A DNA stretch of 63,765 nucleotides, the filler included, from Bigelowiella natans CCMP2755 (Eukaryota > Protista > Cercozoa), in assembly GCA_000320545.1 (NCBI GenBank). It is 8 parts of 8 records of this genome, joined end to end, with 100 filler letters (N's around TTAATTAATTAA, not from the genome) between each part and the next. Parts side by side here need not be neighbours in the genome. Positions count along the whole stretch, not along the records: positions 1 to 21,257 come from ADNK01002816.1; positions 21,358 to 34,995 come from ADNK01003510.1; 6 more parts are not named here. One strand, given 5' to 3'. The notes under the pieces were generated by a model. It was not told the origin of the DNA. It searched no databases and saw nothing but the letters and a program-made list of their open reading frames with translations. Positions 11,984-24,438 of the stretch are shown piece after piece. Positions within the stretch are counted from its first letter, which is position 1, and each line of letters opens with the position of its first letter. Position numbers and translations under genes: made by a program.

Positions 11984-13570
11984 ATATTTGTGTATGATCC
12001 TACTCAATTTAAATAGAATCTTGTATGCGATGAAGTTGTCATTGGATTCTACCTTTGAAGTGGTGTTTGGCAGCAATACTGGCGTCGTCACATGATCATT
12101 AGTTCAGTTTCAATTCTTTTCTGAAATCAGGCTTCTGGAGATAACGACAGCGACGGGCCGATGCCGAGCCGCATGTAATAGCGAGGAGATTTAACTTAGA
12201 GCAGTCCAATTGATGTCCAACACGTTTGGCTCGGTTTCTCAAAGAAATAAAGGGGCACGATTGTATTCTGCTGTTGCGTTGTGTCTATCACGATAGAGAG
12301 TAGTAATTCATTGCATGTTTGGGGTTGTTGTTTTTTTCAGGTTAGTTCGGTGTAAGCGTGTTGGGATGAGATCTCCCGCATCATCGCAGAGGTGCTGTAG
12401 TTGTCTATTATTCTGTAAAGCCAGTTTCGCGGATGAAATTTGCTATCCCAGCTTACCATTTCCTTTCTCAATCGTATCGCATGTTTCCTTCCTTCTCTCT
12501 AACGCTGTAGGCTACTTGGCTCGCCGGGATTCAAAACCAATGTCCGGAGGTTGAGCGGCGAGAGCATCGATCTCATACGATACGCACACCCATCCAATCT
12601 GCAAGCAAACGCTGCGCGGCCGCTGCATCGGCTTCAATAGCTTCTAGTATTCTCGCCCGTCGTTTAAAAACAGTCGACATCGTCGTCATCGTTGTTCTTG
12701 ACATCGTTCCTTTGCATTATTGCTGCCTAAAAAAGATTAAGGGAGGAAGGGAAAAGCGGAGAGGCACTACAGATTGCGCTCCTTGAGGAGCAGATAGGAC
12801 GGTATTTCCTATCCTCCACCCCCTCCCCCCTCCCCTGCCTTACCCATAGTTGCGCGCAGTTGCGTGGTGATTTGCGAATGCGGAATATTTTTGAGATCGA
12901 ATATATATGTGGGGAAACCGATCATTTCTTCGTCAATTAGTCTGGCCCGCAAAGTTGACTCAGGAACAGACGCGATGAAGAAGGTTCGGTTTTTTTTTTT
13001 TTTTTAACCTTCTTTGCCATCACGCCACCACACCACACCGCCGCGCTTAGATGTAGTCTTTAAGCTTTGAATCCAATACCTTCGGCCGAATTCGGGCTCG
13101 GATAATACCGTCTAAGTCAGTTTGTGCTAGGATGTAATTTATGGGAATTTCGTCTGTGAAGTCATTATATTTCTTCCTTTAATTATCTGGGGAGTTGTGG
13201 GCTGGCCTCCTCTTATCCTTCGCTATTCGTTTTCTCTCTTTGATTTTGTAGGTCAAAGAGGAAAAGGATAAGCTTGTCAACCGTAATGTCAGCTTGAGTT
13301 GTAAACTCGAGGAAGCTTTAGGGAAGGTAATCCCTCAGTGTAAGATGCAACATGGATTTTCCACCCATTGACCGTTCATGCGTGATCGTAAGGTCCAAGC
13401 ATGTGCGCGCTGCTCTACGCATCATCAATCCGAATGTGTTTTATCTTGGCTTCTGATAACAATCCCGGTACTTTCTCACACTCACACAGCTGGAAATGAA
13501 GGAGGAAATGAATAGTAGACTTGGTGCCCGCAGCCAGGTCACTCTCCTCATATCAGATATGTCGCAATAA

Positions 13571-13612
<42 letters not shown>

Positions 13613-13889
13613 TATACAAGGATTTGGCAGCTTTTACACCTCACGAACTCGGCGCATGTGTAACTGTATTAAATATATAAAACTTCCTCGCTTATCTTCA
13701 AATTCTCTCATGTATACTCGTAGTATTTGACGGAGAGAAACTCATTTTCGGGTGAGCAAGAGTCAGCAAGCACGGACTCGCTGGCGCCGAGTAAAAGAAG
13801 TCTAGATGATTCGAATCTTCCTCGTGCCAAGAGCCATATGAGTGACGCAGAGGAGTTGAAAAGACAGTTCTTGGAAATGAAAAAGGTTG

Positions 13890-13931
<42 letters not shown>

Positions 13932-16067
13932 CCCCTGTGTGCGTGTGTATGTGTGCGCAAGTGTGATTAGTGTATACGATGTCAATTTGGGATGAGTGTC
14001 TCGTTTCCTTTGCTATTATCTATCCAATAATGCAGAAGGCACATGAAGCGGAGGAAGCTAACCGTGTTTTATCGGGGCAGCTAGATCAGGTACCATTCAT
14101 ACAGACAGCTATCATGATCTAAAGGATGATTTTGACTGTTATTATTCTAAACGCAACATTGTCATCGATATTGTTTATTACTGGTCTCATCGTTTTTTAT
14201 TGGTCCCATATCTCCTTCTCTCTCAAAGCATAAGACGCACGCACGCTGTTTATAATATATGCACAAAAGGCAACGAAGAAGATGGAGGCCGTGCAAGAAG
14301 AACAGAGATTGAATAAACAGATCGCGCAGGTATGCTTCTCATATCAGCTGAGACTTCGTGGCTTTGCGAAGTCCTCCGTATTTTCGCATTTTGAACCGCA
14401 CCACCAGATGTCAAGGATTCCTTTGCGTCGTTTACCCTTTTACGTTACGCAACTCACCCGATGCAAATATGTGTCTTGATATGAGTCGTTTCACTCTTCT
14501 TTACAGATACTGCAGATGAATCAAGAAATGAATGTGCGTATGGAAAGAATGGAAATGGTTATTATAATTACGACCCAAAAATTACCTGAAAAATGTTTGG
14601 AAGAAGCCTCCTAGTATTATTCACAACTTATGATATGATTGCGTATATTCGTTTCCTTAGAAATTTGCTACGATGATGGAGGAGGGCTTCAGCCGCAAGA
14701 GCAAAGGGACTGGAAGATGGCCGAATCTGGGAGTATTAACCGACCCTCTAATTTTAAAGAGGTCTGAATTCGATAAACATAGCAATCAAATAGCTTGGAG
14801 AAGCTTGGGATAAGGAGGAAATTATAGAGCTAGCGCTTGGCAGCACGACTTTGTGTTTTTCTAGTTTTTGGATGTCGCTCGATGCTCGAGCTGCATATGT
14901 GCGGAGAGAATGGGGCACCGAAGCTGCGGCCAGATTTATGCTTATGCAATCGCCAATGAATGGTTATGCGTTGTGGTGATTCACAGCAGGGGGGTGGGGG
15001 GGAGCAGATGACAGCCAGGCGGAAACCAATACAGCCTGATTTCGTCGGTTTTTTAATTTCACCATTGTTGATAAGGCCTTATGTGCATGCACGCCAGCTT
15101 TCTTCCCATGTCTGTTGGCTGCGTCGTCGGTGAGATGGGGTTTCTTTGTTGTACATGTCATTTTTAGTGCGTCCGAACCGAAAGTAGCGGAACACAAAGA
15201 AACTACCATGATAAGGTTGGCTCTTTTCCCTTTTCGAAAAGTACTGAAAGCGACGATGTGCCTCCATGGCATGATGACCCGAAGAAGCTCAAGGTTCTTC
15301 TTGCGCGAATATATCTAACGTTTTCTCTTTGTTGTGTTACTCCCCATTTTGGTTTCCCACCGTGCGTGAAAGCAGAAAGGGCACTACTCATCCTGACGAT
15401 AAGATATTCGGCATCGTCTCAAGAATCAACAGTAAAATCTATACCAGCCCAAACAAAAACTCGCAGAGATGCATAATGTTGTCCACGATGAGCACAACCG
15501 CGGCCCCGCAATTAATTTTGGGGGGAATCATGGAAGATGATGCGTGTTTGAGTGTTTAATAGTCGCTGGTGCATGTTCATATGACTTTCTTGGGGGGTCT
15601 TTGCGTCTCGGTGTCTTAAAATTGAATCGATGATGATGATGATGATAATAAATCAAAGGTTACCGTGACGAGGACAAATTAGATAACAAGCTCTTATACA
15701 CCGAACTCAACTCTGATTCCTTCCTCAGAGCCGCCAAGACGAGCTCGATGTAAACTACCGAGAGTCAGTAGCAGCAAAAGCGTTATTTCTTTTCCTCAAG
15801 ACCAGGAGAAAAGCCCCCATCTCCCCCTCCCCCTCTCTGTCTGCCCCCCTGTTCTCTCCTCGATCTCTGCTAACAAAACATTTCTCTCTTGTAATGCGCA
15901 GGAGCAATTATTGGATAAACCAAAATCCGGCTTTTAAGAAGTCGGAGTCGGCATCCGACCCAAGCACACTTGTTAGCGTCGGTACTAGTCTTGGAGCTAG
16001 CCTTGGAGCTAACGAGGCACAGGCGATGACCGAGTTGAAATCAAGCTGCAAGTGCTCCGTAATGTAA
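9424..16067 (+). CDS. Protein encoded by about 25 short exons: degenerate EF-hand-like N-terminus, central coiled coil, C-terminal CaaX. May be two genes split near 14813-15168
   Basis: GT-AG bounded exons MTITPLWEK / IQAHLAVTNETSLNFT / DTFKMISSSNLNLSEK / EIIDIFEEAGHNPKSGDEKL ... VKEEKDKLVNRNVSLSCKLEEALGK / AEELKRQFLEMKK / ILQMNQEMNVRMERMEM. A phase-2 splice 14761->15168 joins the last exons; otherwise the stop is at 14813. Exons at 10400-12900 not fully phased. Confidence 0.55.
15168..16067 (+). CDS. Terminal exon group ending SSCKCSVM* (CaaX), loosely G-protein gamma-like
   Basis: Spliced reading ...DDKIFGIVSRINKMHNSRQDELDVNYRESNYWINQNPAFKK...ELKSSCKCSVM*; needs an inferred 11-nt micro-exon near 15467. 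Confidence 0.5.
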
Positions 16068-16099
16068 TCTGTTAGTAGTTGCAAAAGGACTACAATGTG

Positions 16100-17570
16100 A
16101 GAGGAGGCTAGGCATGTGGAAGTAGGAATTCTTCGTGTTCTTTCAAAGAAATATCTCTGTACATTGCATCGGCGTGCCGTCAATATGCTCAGTTGGGTAA
16201 GTGCCAGTTGACCATGTACTACCTGGAATAAGCGCTGCTATAATTAGACGCCAGCTCATCATCATGTAAACAATGCTAAGCATAGGTCTACGGGTTTTTT
16301 GTGTGCGCGCCAGCGTAGCACATAGCATCGAGCTACACAAGCATCACATAGCACGTGCATGGCACATGTGCGTCCATCGCAATTTGCACTTGTACGTGCA
16401 TGCACCTTAGGCCACTGCTGTAGACGCACGTAGCTAGCTAGGTAGCGCCGATCAAACACAAACAATGACAACTTTCGATCCCGACGGCCCACGACCTCTT
16501 TGTCATGTCTGGATCGGATCGGACTCTCTAATAGCTGTAGTACGTGCATGCGTTGGCATGAGACCACCATGAGCCATATGCTACCATGTTTGTGTCTGGA
16601 CATGCAAAGACTCGTGCTGTGTTGAGATGCCACATAAAATGAAATTAAACAATAATTGTGCATGTCTCCGCCGGTGTTTGTTGGTATAGCGAGGCGTTGC
16701 TTGAAAGCTTGCAATGCAGTCGTGAGATATTTGCGTGGTCGCATCGTCAACATTGTTCATTCGTATAAGCGTTCAAACTCGATTTGCGCGTCACATCTGA
16801 GCTAGCTGAGCTTTGCACATGCGCATGAACACAGGCATGGCTGGACTTTGTATACGTGCATGCACGTCCCTGCGGTGAACCTTCGCAAGTTCATGCAGAG
16901 CAGGCGCCGAATCAAAAACAATTAAGTGGCAAAAAGATGGCGGTACATTTTAGACCTATGCTACTCTGCTATGTAGGTGCAAGCTAGCATGGGGAAAACT
17001 CTAGCTGCACGATCAACAACAATGCTAGCGGCAACGAGCTAGCATGTGACTCTCCCTAGCTAGGGATGTGCACAGGGCTAGAACAGCCAGGTAGCTAGCA
17101 CTGCTAGCAAGTGCTGCCTACTGCTTCTTTGACATCAATTTGGACAGCACAAGTTAGCGATATTATGACAAATGCACACGTCATGCTAGCACACACCATC
17201 GCATATATGCAATGAGCATGACCTCTACATCATCTACATGACTAGGTACGTAGCTGTGATCGATCACGAGCAATGAGTCATCAATTGGATGATTGCTAGA
17301 TTACTCACACACCTCTAGACCTGGATTTAGCTACTTAGTAGTCTAATCTGACACATAATGGATCATTCGCACACTCTTAGCTTTGCGCCCCAACATGCAT
17401 CGTGCGTGTCGCACCATGCATGCTAGCATGCATGATATACGAACGACGCAGCTGCTGCAACATTGCATTGCGTGTGTACACACGTGTCTAGATGTAGTCA
17501 TTGCTAAGGCCTAGATTGCACCGATCGCTAGATTGTACACAAAGAAACCATCATGTTCTTCAAAATTAGC
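16100..17570. other. Palindromic-word tract 2 (convergent intergenic)
   Basis: Includes the perfect 20-bp palindrome CATGCATGCTAGCATGCATG at 17415-17434. Confidence 0.85.
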
Positions 17571-17713
17571 TGATCAGGTCGTCGCCCCTACCCAACCTCC
17601 CCGCCGCCCCTTTCATCTATATTCGTATACTCGCGACGCGGCTCTGCAGCAAGAACAAACGAGCTTATTATAAGCGCGAAATCGGAATAAGAAGAGTGGC
17701 CATAGAGAGAGAT

Positions 17714-17753
<40 letters not shown>

Positions 17754-17756
17754 CGC

Positions 17757-18382
17757 TCATGATTCGGTGTCCATCTCTTTTTGCAGCGCTGGGAGCGGAT
17801 ATTTGGCGTGAGGATTGTTGCAGGTGTACTGGTAGAAAGGGCCGTTGAAGTATCTACACAACATCGTTAGGACAAAGATACGGACGCAATCCATGATCAC
17901 GCTCAAACAAACACAGCGTCTTCGTGAGAGCGAAGCGCTATCTGCCAGCTTACAAGCGCACACCGCCGGAGTACACATGTCGCCGGAGGAGGTCCTTTTC
18001 GACCCCCCTCCCTCCCCCCGATGGGGAAAAAAAGGGGGGGGGGGGGGGGATTGGTTTTGTTAGAGGGCCTCACCCTTTGAGTTCGGGTAGTGCTCGGAAG
18101 TTGGTGTAGTACCTTTGTTAATGCGCGAGAATCATTTATGAGAGAAGGAGCGCACACACCGTTATATCGCTTGCGAGCACGGGCATTTGCTGATGGACAG
18201 GCTACTGTGCGCGCTGCTGCTGGGCTTAGCTCTCTCTACTAACTTGTTCAGATTGGGAAAGCCAGCAAGAAACGACGACGCGGCCTTGATCTCCACGCAG
18301 AAGCGCTCGTTCTGGTCCAACATTTCCCTGAGCGTGCGCGTGTGTTCGTGCGGGATTTTGTTGTATGTGATTGTGGTGTGTG

Positions 18383-18422
<40 letters not shown>

Positions 18423-18816
18423 GCGCGTATGCGTGTGTTGTGTGGAAATTACACGGTGCCATTCCGATGACACAAAAAGAGGCATTCATCTATCTGCACC
18501 CCCTCCCAACTAATCATGGGCGTTGTAGTGATAAAACTGACGAGAAAACTCGAATAAACTGAATTTTGTTGGAGCGATTTCCTCTTTTTCTCGCATTGCT
18601 TAGAATATGGTCGTTGCATCTATCTTTCCCCAGAAATGTCTTCTTCGCGAACAAAACCATTCGTTCTTAATCTCTCCCTTATCAACGCCGCACTGACCAA
18701 AGATGAAAATCGGGTGCTGTAGGCGTCTCCCCGTTCAAGAAAGGCTTCTTATGCAACCCAAGCCACTAGCGATTGAAGAACAGCAGACCCATGTCAAACT
18801 ACCAAACGAGAATACA

Positions 18817-18868
<52 letters not shown>

Positions 18869-19414
18869 CACATCCCCGTCCCTCTGTGGATCATCCCACT
18901 TCTCGTATACCGCTTCGAATTTCGCGTATTCCTTTGGAATGGTTTTGGTGATGTACGGCTCCTGTGCAAAGCAAACAGAGAAGAACACGGGACGATTGGG
19001 TGAAAGAAATCTGAAAAAGGACAAAAAAAAAAGAACGGGGGAGACTCCGCGCGATTTTGTCGCGACTCGTGCCGAGAACACGCGGTGAATTAGAAACAAC
19101 AAACGTCTCTCGAGTTTGCAAACCGACTGCTTTTAGGGCAAAGAAAACAAATCGATCATGAAGGCAACTACTCATCGCTTTAAGCAATTAGTCGCAAAGA
19201 CACGATATTCATAGCCAATCGGGACGGCTGCTACTCTAAATACGATGACTCCGATAACACAAATGCACGCACGTACGTAGTCTTGGCGTCCATAGAACGC
19301 CTTCACGGCTGCATTGCGCAGGTCATGGGCCTCACAGAGAAGTTGGTGAGTCTGATGATGGATGAAAGCAGAAATAACGACAGATAACATAATGCAGCAA
19401 TGATGAATCAATAT

Positions 19415-19452
<38 letters not shown>

Positions 19453-19502
19453 GCGTATATTTATGTGTGTGGGTGTATATTTTTATGATATTATTGTTAT
19501 TG

Positions 19503-19538
<36 letters not shown>

Positions 19539-19924
19539 ATTAATCAAATCTTTCCAGAGTTTTCTTCCAAAGTGATGGTCACCGTAGCAGCACAGCTCCC
19601 CATCAACCCAAGCCTGTAACAACACACGGAAGAATGCAAATCAAAGACCTCACCACAGTTACTTTTACAATGCGCAATAGCAGCAGAAACCATACATCGA
19701 CTTCAACGCATGTACACCCCCACAGGCAGCGAGTAGAAGTCAAAACGCGCCTCATCATAAAGTGTGTATGGTAGTGAGACTGAACGGTTGGAAAAACAAC
19801 ACATGGCTGGCAAGCAAAAATTGGCTGCTACTACTTTTCCGCTAAGAAGCACATGCACGCGAGGGTCTGCGTCACGAGCTCTCCTGTGGTTACAATGTAT
19901 TATCAATAAACTTTAATATTATAA

Positions 19925-19956
<32 letters not shown>

Positions 19957-20014
19957 ATGTACTATTCGGTGTTCTTGTGCATGTAGTAATCAATTACACA
20001 CACACACACACACC

Positions 20015-20058
<44 letters not shown>

Positions 20059-21053
20059 CGAGTTCCCAACCCAATTTCTATGTATCTTTCCTGCCTCTCG
20101 TCGGACGACGAGAAGCGAACATAGTCCTTCAGGGTGCTCCCCACACATTGCACGCATAACCCGCCAAAAACCCAAGAACCATTGCCGCAGCCGTAGTCGT
20201 ATGCGCGCGCTTTCTAGTGGACACTATCATCACCGCTCGCATTATCGATGACGAAGGGGAGATTCAAGAGAGGATTTCGCTTGATAAGTTCCGGCTTCGC
20301 CCCTGTCGTTGATGATACAGAGAACATTGTTTGAAGGGGGGGGGGGGGGGGGAGGGCGGTGTTACTTACTCTAGGCTAACAAAAACAGGGAGGTGATGGC
20401 TCTAGTTGTCGCTCTATTACCTTGAAACCAGGACTTCTTATCAACCTAAAGCGTGAATACACGCGTACACATATACAAAGCTACTGTGATGGCTGAATGG
20501 CGTTTAGAAACGGCGAGGGAGGGGGAGAGCGCAGATCGCGACAGCTCAATTTTGACAGCGCCGCGCTTTTGCGAGCTGCAGTAGGCCTCCCGTTCGGGCC
20601 GTGACGTTATTGTTCGTGTAGTGTGTGTTGTCTGTGTTCTGTTAGGCTGCTACAAAGACCGTTCCATCAGCGCTCATCTTGGCCTCAAAGTCCACCGCAC
20701 TCCAGTTTGCCCCTGCGAAGGCACACATCATTCGCAGCGGAGCCTTTCCGAAGAGAAAGACAGAGAGAAGAGAAGGGGGGCGGGGGGGGGTTGATCATGT
20801 TGATGAAAATAATGAGCGGATAAGTCTTCAAGATGGCATGGACGATTCGTTCAAAGCCAACACGGCTTGTGCAATGTCCCATCCACATCGAAATATACAC
20901 GTGATTACTCGTCATTTCTACTGTTATTATCATTATATTTTCATGCTGTAGTAAGAGCAGCCAAAGGCACAGCATATACTACTTTTCATATATCATTTAT
21001 GTCATGGTTAACCAACCCCAAGGCCTCGGATTTTCCAATAAGAAACTTGAAAC
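17757..21053 (-). CDS. GST: Glutathione S-transferase, mu-class-like; at least 12 exons; first exon missing near the gap
   Basis: FQVSYWKIRGLG|APLRMMCAFAGANW..|VDKKSWFQ|GAKPELIKRNPLLNLPFVID|GELVTQTLACMCFLAEK|..LLCEAHDLRN..|PFLNGETPTAPDFHLW|EMLDQ..FPNLNK|YYTNFRALPELKG|YF..CNNPHAKY: canonical YWxIRGL, NLP(F/Y)VID and T.PDF motifs. Confidence 0.92.
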
Positions 21054-21257
21054 CTGCCGGAGCGAAAACAAAGAGGTATTGGAGGCGGGGGGGGGGGGGG
21101 GAGGAAAAAAATAAATACCAAAGCTTCTAAAGGCCAATATAAAAAGAGGGGGGAAAAGGGTTGACCTTTGTCTTCCCTCCTCTCTCCCCCACCCACAAAA
21201 AAGGTATTTTTTTAAAAGCTTCCCTTTCCTGGTGTGGCCGTGGGAAGGGGGGGGGGG

Positions 21258-21357
21258 NNNNNNNNNNNNNNNNNNNNNNNNNNNNNNNNNNNNNNNNNNN
21301 NTTAATTAATTAANNNNNNNNNNNNNNNNNNNNNNNNNNNNNNNNNNNNNNNNNNNN
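21258..21357. other. Assembly spacer (N44-TTAATTAATTAA-N44); identical spacers at 34996, 37935, 51897, 53898, 60073 and 62278
   Basis: Fixed 100-nt length with a central six-frame stop linker. Confidence 0.98.
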
Positions 21358-21508
21358 TAGTAGAGAGAGAGAGGAGGGGGGGGGGGCGGATTACGACGCG
21401 CTCACTCCAACGATTAAACAAAAAAATGCTAGAAGTAGAGATGTTCTGCCGGGCCGTTGCATGATTCTTGATTCCCTCATCTTCCTCTCCTTCTCCTTCT
21501 TCGGTCAG

Positions 21509-21935
21509 GCTTCCTCGCCGCCCATCAGCAGCTGAAAGAGCCCGGGATGTTTCTCTGGTCCGCGATCTGGAACGCCGGCTACGTGGAGAACCTTGTCGAT
21601 GGCTACGCGAGCAAGGTCAAAAAAACGGGGCGCTACTACAAGCGCTCCACACTCCCCGAGGACGTGGAAATAAGGCGAAGGTATGCTTCGTGGCCTCTTT
21701 ACGCGTGATGTTGTTCCGCAGCTGTGAGACTTTTTTCCATCCGCTCGTTGATCGGTGCTGCTAAGGGGTGCGATGATATATACACGTGCATTGCAGACTC
21801 TTCCAGGCACTTGCAAACTGCTTCTTCACGGTTCCTATTCCGAAAGGGGAGGGGAGTGCCGATGGGAAGAGGAATAAGCACGCGAGGACGCCGCTCACCT
21901 TCCCAAACGTCGTGCGGAACGGCAAGGACGATAAG

Positions 21936-21971
<36 letters not shown>

Positions 21972-22833
21972 CTTCCTCCCCTTCCCCCCTATACACACAC
22001 AGACACGCAATATCTACGTGTGATTGCATGTGTTTCTAAGTTATTCCTTTGCTCGATTTTATTCGTCCAGAAAACTGCCACCACTGCCACCACCTCGCAC
22101 ACTCACAGTCTCCTCTCTTCTGCTGCGCCTTTTATCCTGCCCGCCTTAACTCTTTTCTCAGGCTGCATTCGCAGCGGCATCGACGTCACTCCAAAGCCTT
22201 GAGTCTGCGGCACTCCTCACCTACGTCCGATGTATCACCCAAGCTTCCGCCGCGCTCAAAACGGGAGAGAGGGAACTCAGGAACGAGCTCAAGCTGCCCC
22301 TAACGGGGATCTCGCACATGCTCCAGCAACCGCATCAGAATGGAGGAGAGAAGGCGACAACAGGTGGTGGCGATGGCAGTGACAACAATACGCTCACGAA
22401 CATTCTCGCCACTCCATTCTTCCGCGTCGTTGCAGAGGCCAGGAACCCCTATTTTTGCCTCTCCGGGCTCGACGACTCCTTCTCCTCGACCACAGAGCTG
22501 CAGCTGACGTCCAGGTTCTTACTCAATCGGACCTTCATGCCCCTGAGCCGTCTCAGTGATTCTGCTGGGGTGCCACTTCAGCTCTCTCCGTACGCAGAAA
22601 GGATACTGAAAGGGGTCAGTCTGCTGTACCATCTGTCGCGGCAAGACAAAGGCAGGTTGAAGATATATTGGAGCGACTTCCTCCAGGACATGACATTCGC
22701 GATGATGTGCCTCCACGACGAGGTGGAATTCCAACCATTAAATGCGTACTGCCAAAAGCGCCCGAAGACCCCCATCGGCGAGTCCATGCTGGACCTACTC
22801 AACGAGTACAAACACGTCGTTTGGAACAAGTGA
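21509..22833 (+). CDS. 3' three exons of a DDX60-like (Ski2-family) helicase gene; 5' part absent (gap)
   Basis: ARNPYFCLSGLDDSFSSTTELQLTSRFLLNRTFMP...LQLSPYAERILKG resembles the recalled DDX60 C-terminal motif (RSPFVALSG.GD.F.S..EL...LNAYL.DF.KHG); helicase core not visible. Confidence 0.55.
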
Positions 22834-22929
22834 AAAGGAGAAGCTGGAGAGTTTAAGCAAGCCATCTCGCGTATCTTAGCTGTTCGCCCATTCAAAGATA
22901 GCACCCGCGTGGACGCGGTGCACATTGCT

Positions 22930-23700
22930 TCAAGAGCGCATGCGTGCTAGACATTTCTAGGATTTCAAGTGTTACACCGCTAGACCGGTTTAACCACTAG
23001 CTAGCTAGCAATAGACACAAAAGTGTATGCACTGTCATGTACACTATCTAGCTATGTACTCTGCTGGTCTACCCACAAAGTACCAGATTGTAAATCATGC
23101 ATGAATAGCTCAGTCTAGCAGTAGCTAGAGTAGATAGAGCAATATTTTATCATTTAGGAGAATTGTCGCGTTTTCTGTGCGAATCGCTTTGCGAGTATTG
23201 GACTTGCAGCTGTGCGTGTGTGTAATTGTGTGACATAATGCTAGAATGTCATCATGCGTATGCTAGTGTGTACTATGTATCATAACCATCACATGCTAGC
23301 ATGCTAGCATGCTAGCATGGCTAGATGGCATCGTCTAGATCGTATCCGATCCCACACTAGCTAGCTAGCACACGCACGACGTCTAGCTGCTGGACATATA
23401 TCTGGATCCAGTCATCATGGCATGACTATGCGAGGCATGCTAGCTTGTGTGAAGATACAATCTAGCTGTCTAGACGCGAGCAGCTGAGAAAGGCAAGTAG
23501 CCACATAGCACCCCTCCTAGCCTCCATAAGTACATAGGCCATTTGCACGCGCTTATATATTGGTTGTCATGATCGCGCATGTACATCAAGACGTGCTTCA
23601 GCATTCCCTGCACACGCTTTCGCCGGAGTATAGGAGATTTTGTTGATGGGTTTGAAGAGCATGCTAATAATTTTCTAGAATTCAAACCAACCGCGGACGC
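22930..23700. other. Palindromic-word tract 3 (convergent intergenic)
   Basis: Includes the perfect 28-bp palindrome (CATGCTAG)3CATG at 23292-23319. Confidence 0.85.
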
Positions 23701-23742
23701 AAAGCGTACCAGACCTTTGACAGGTGCTAGGTACGCGCAGGC

Positions 23743-24404
23743 TCACGTTTCAAACTCCTCCGATTCGCCGCTTGCGTGTGATGAGTCATCCATCATTTGT
23801 TCCGCTCTTCGTATCCGCGCCAAAAGTTTGAGCGCGAAGATCCTGTCGCTCGGCTGGCGAATTTGGTGGACTTGAAGGGGCTGTCCTGGAATGTAGCTCA
23901 CCTTCATCAGGCCCTTTGAAGTCCGCATCACGTTGCAAAGTCGGTCTAAGAGCCCATCTTTCTCTTCGTCAGGCATCACCTTGAACTTGTCCTCCGCTGT
24001 ACCCAGAAGCCGGCACGTGAGCTGATAACAAACAATGGCGGCACACAATATCTATCTCAATGGATCTGAAGGAGGTTCTTTCCCAGAAATAAAGTAGCGA
24101 TATAAAATGCCGGAACAAATGTCGTAGCACACACACACGCACGCACGCACGCACGCACATGCATGCATATTCGTGTGCTTGCGCCTCGTACCTTTGGAAG
24201 GAGCACTGCATCTATTTTATCACTCCCGTCTTGAACTTCCACGCGCACGGCACCCGTCTCGCGTTCGAAATCCGAAATCGCGAATATGTAGCCCTGCAAT
24301 GAAATCCAAGCAAAAGGCAATGAGTACAGGGCAAAATCACTGCCAATGATACGATATATGTTTATATAAATATGTACATATCACACACACACACACACAC
24401 ACAC

Positions 24405-24438
<34 letters not shown>

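Noticed and set aside
16262-16753. 163-aa ORF inside palindromic tract 2; tracts as decayed transposons
   Set aside because: Composition (H/C/M/A-rich) follows from the CATG/TGCA words; no transposase or RT motifs, terminal repeats or target-site duplications seen
21302-21313. TTAATTAATTAA palindrome recurring seven times inside N runs
   Set aside because: Artificial six-frame stop linker at the centre of fixed 100-nt spacers. Different genes are truncated on either side, so adjacency across spacers is not trusted
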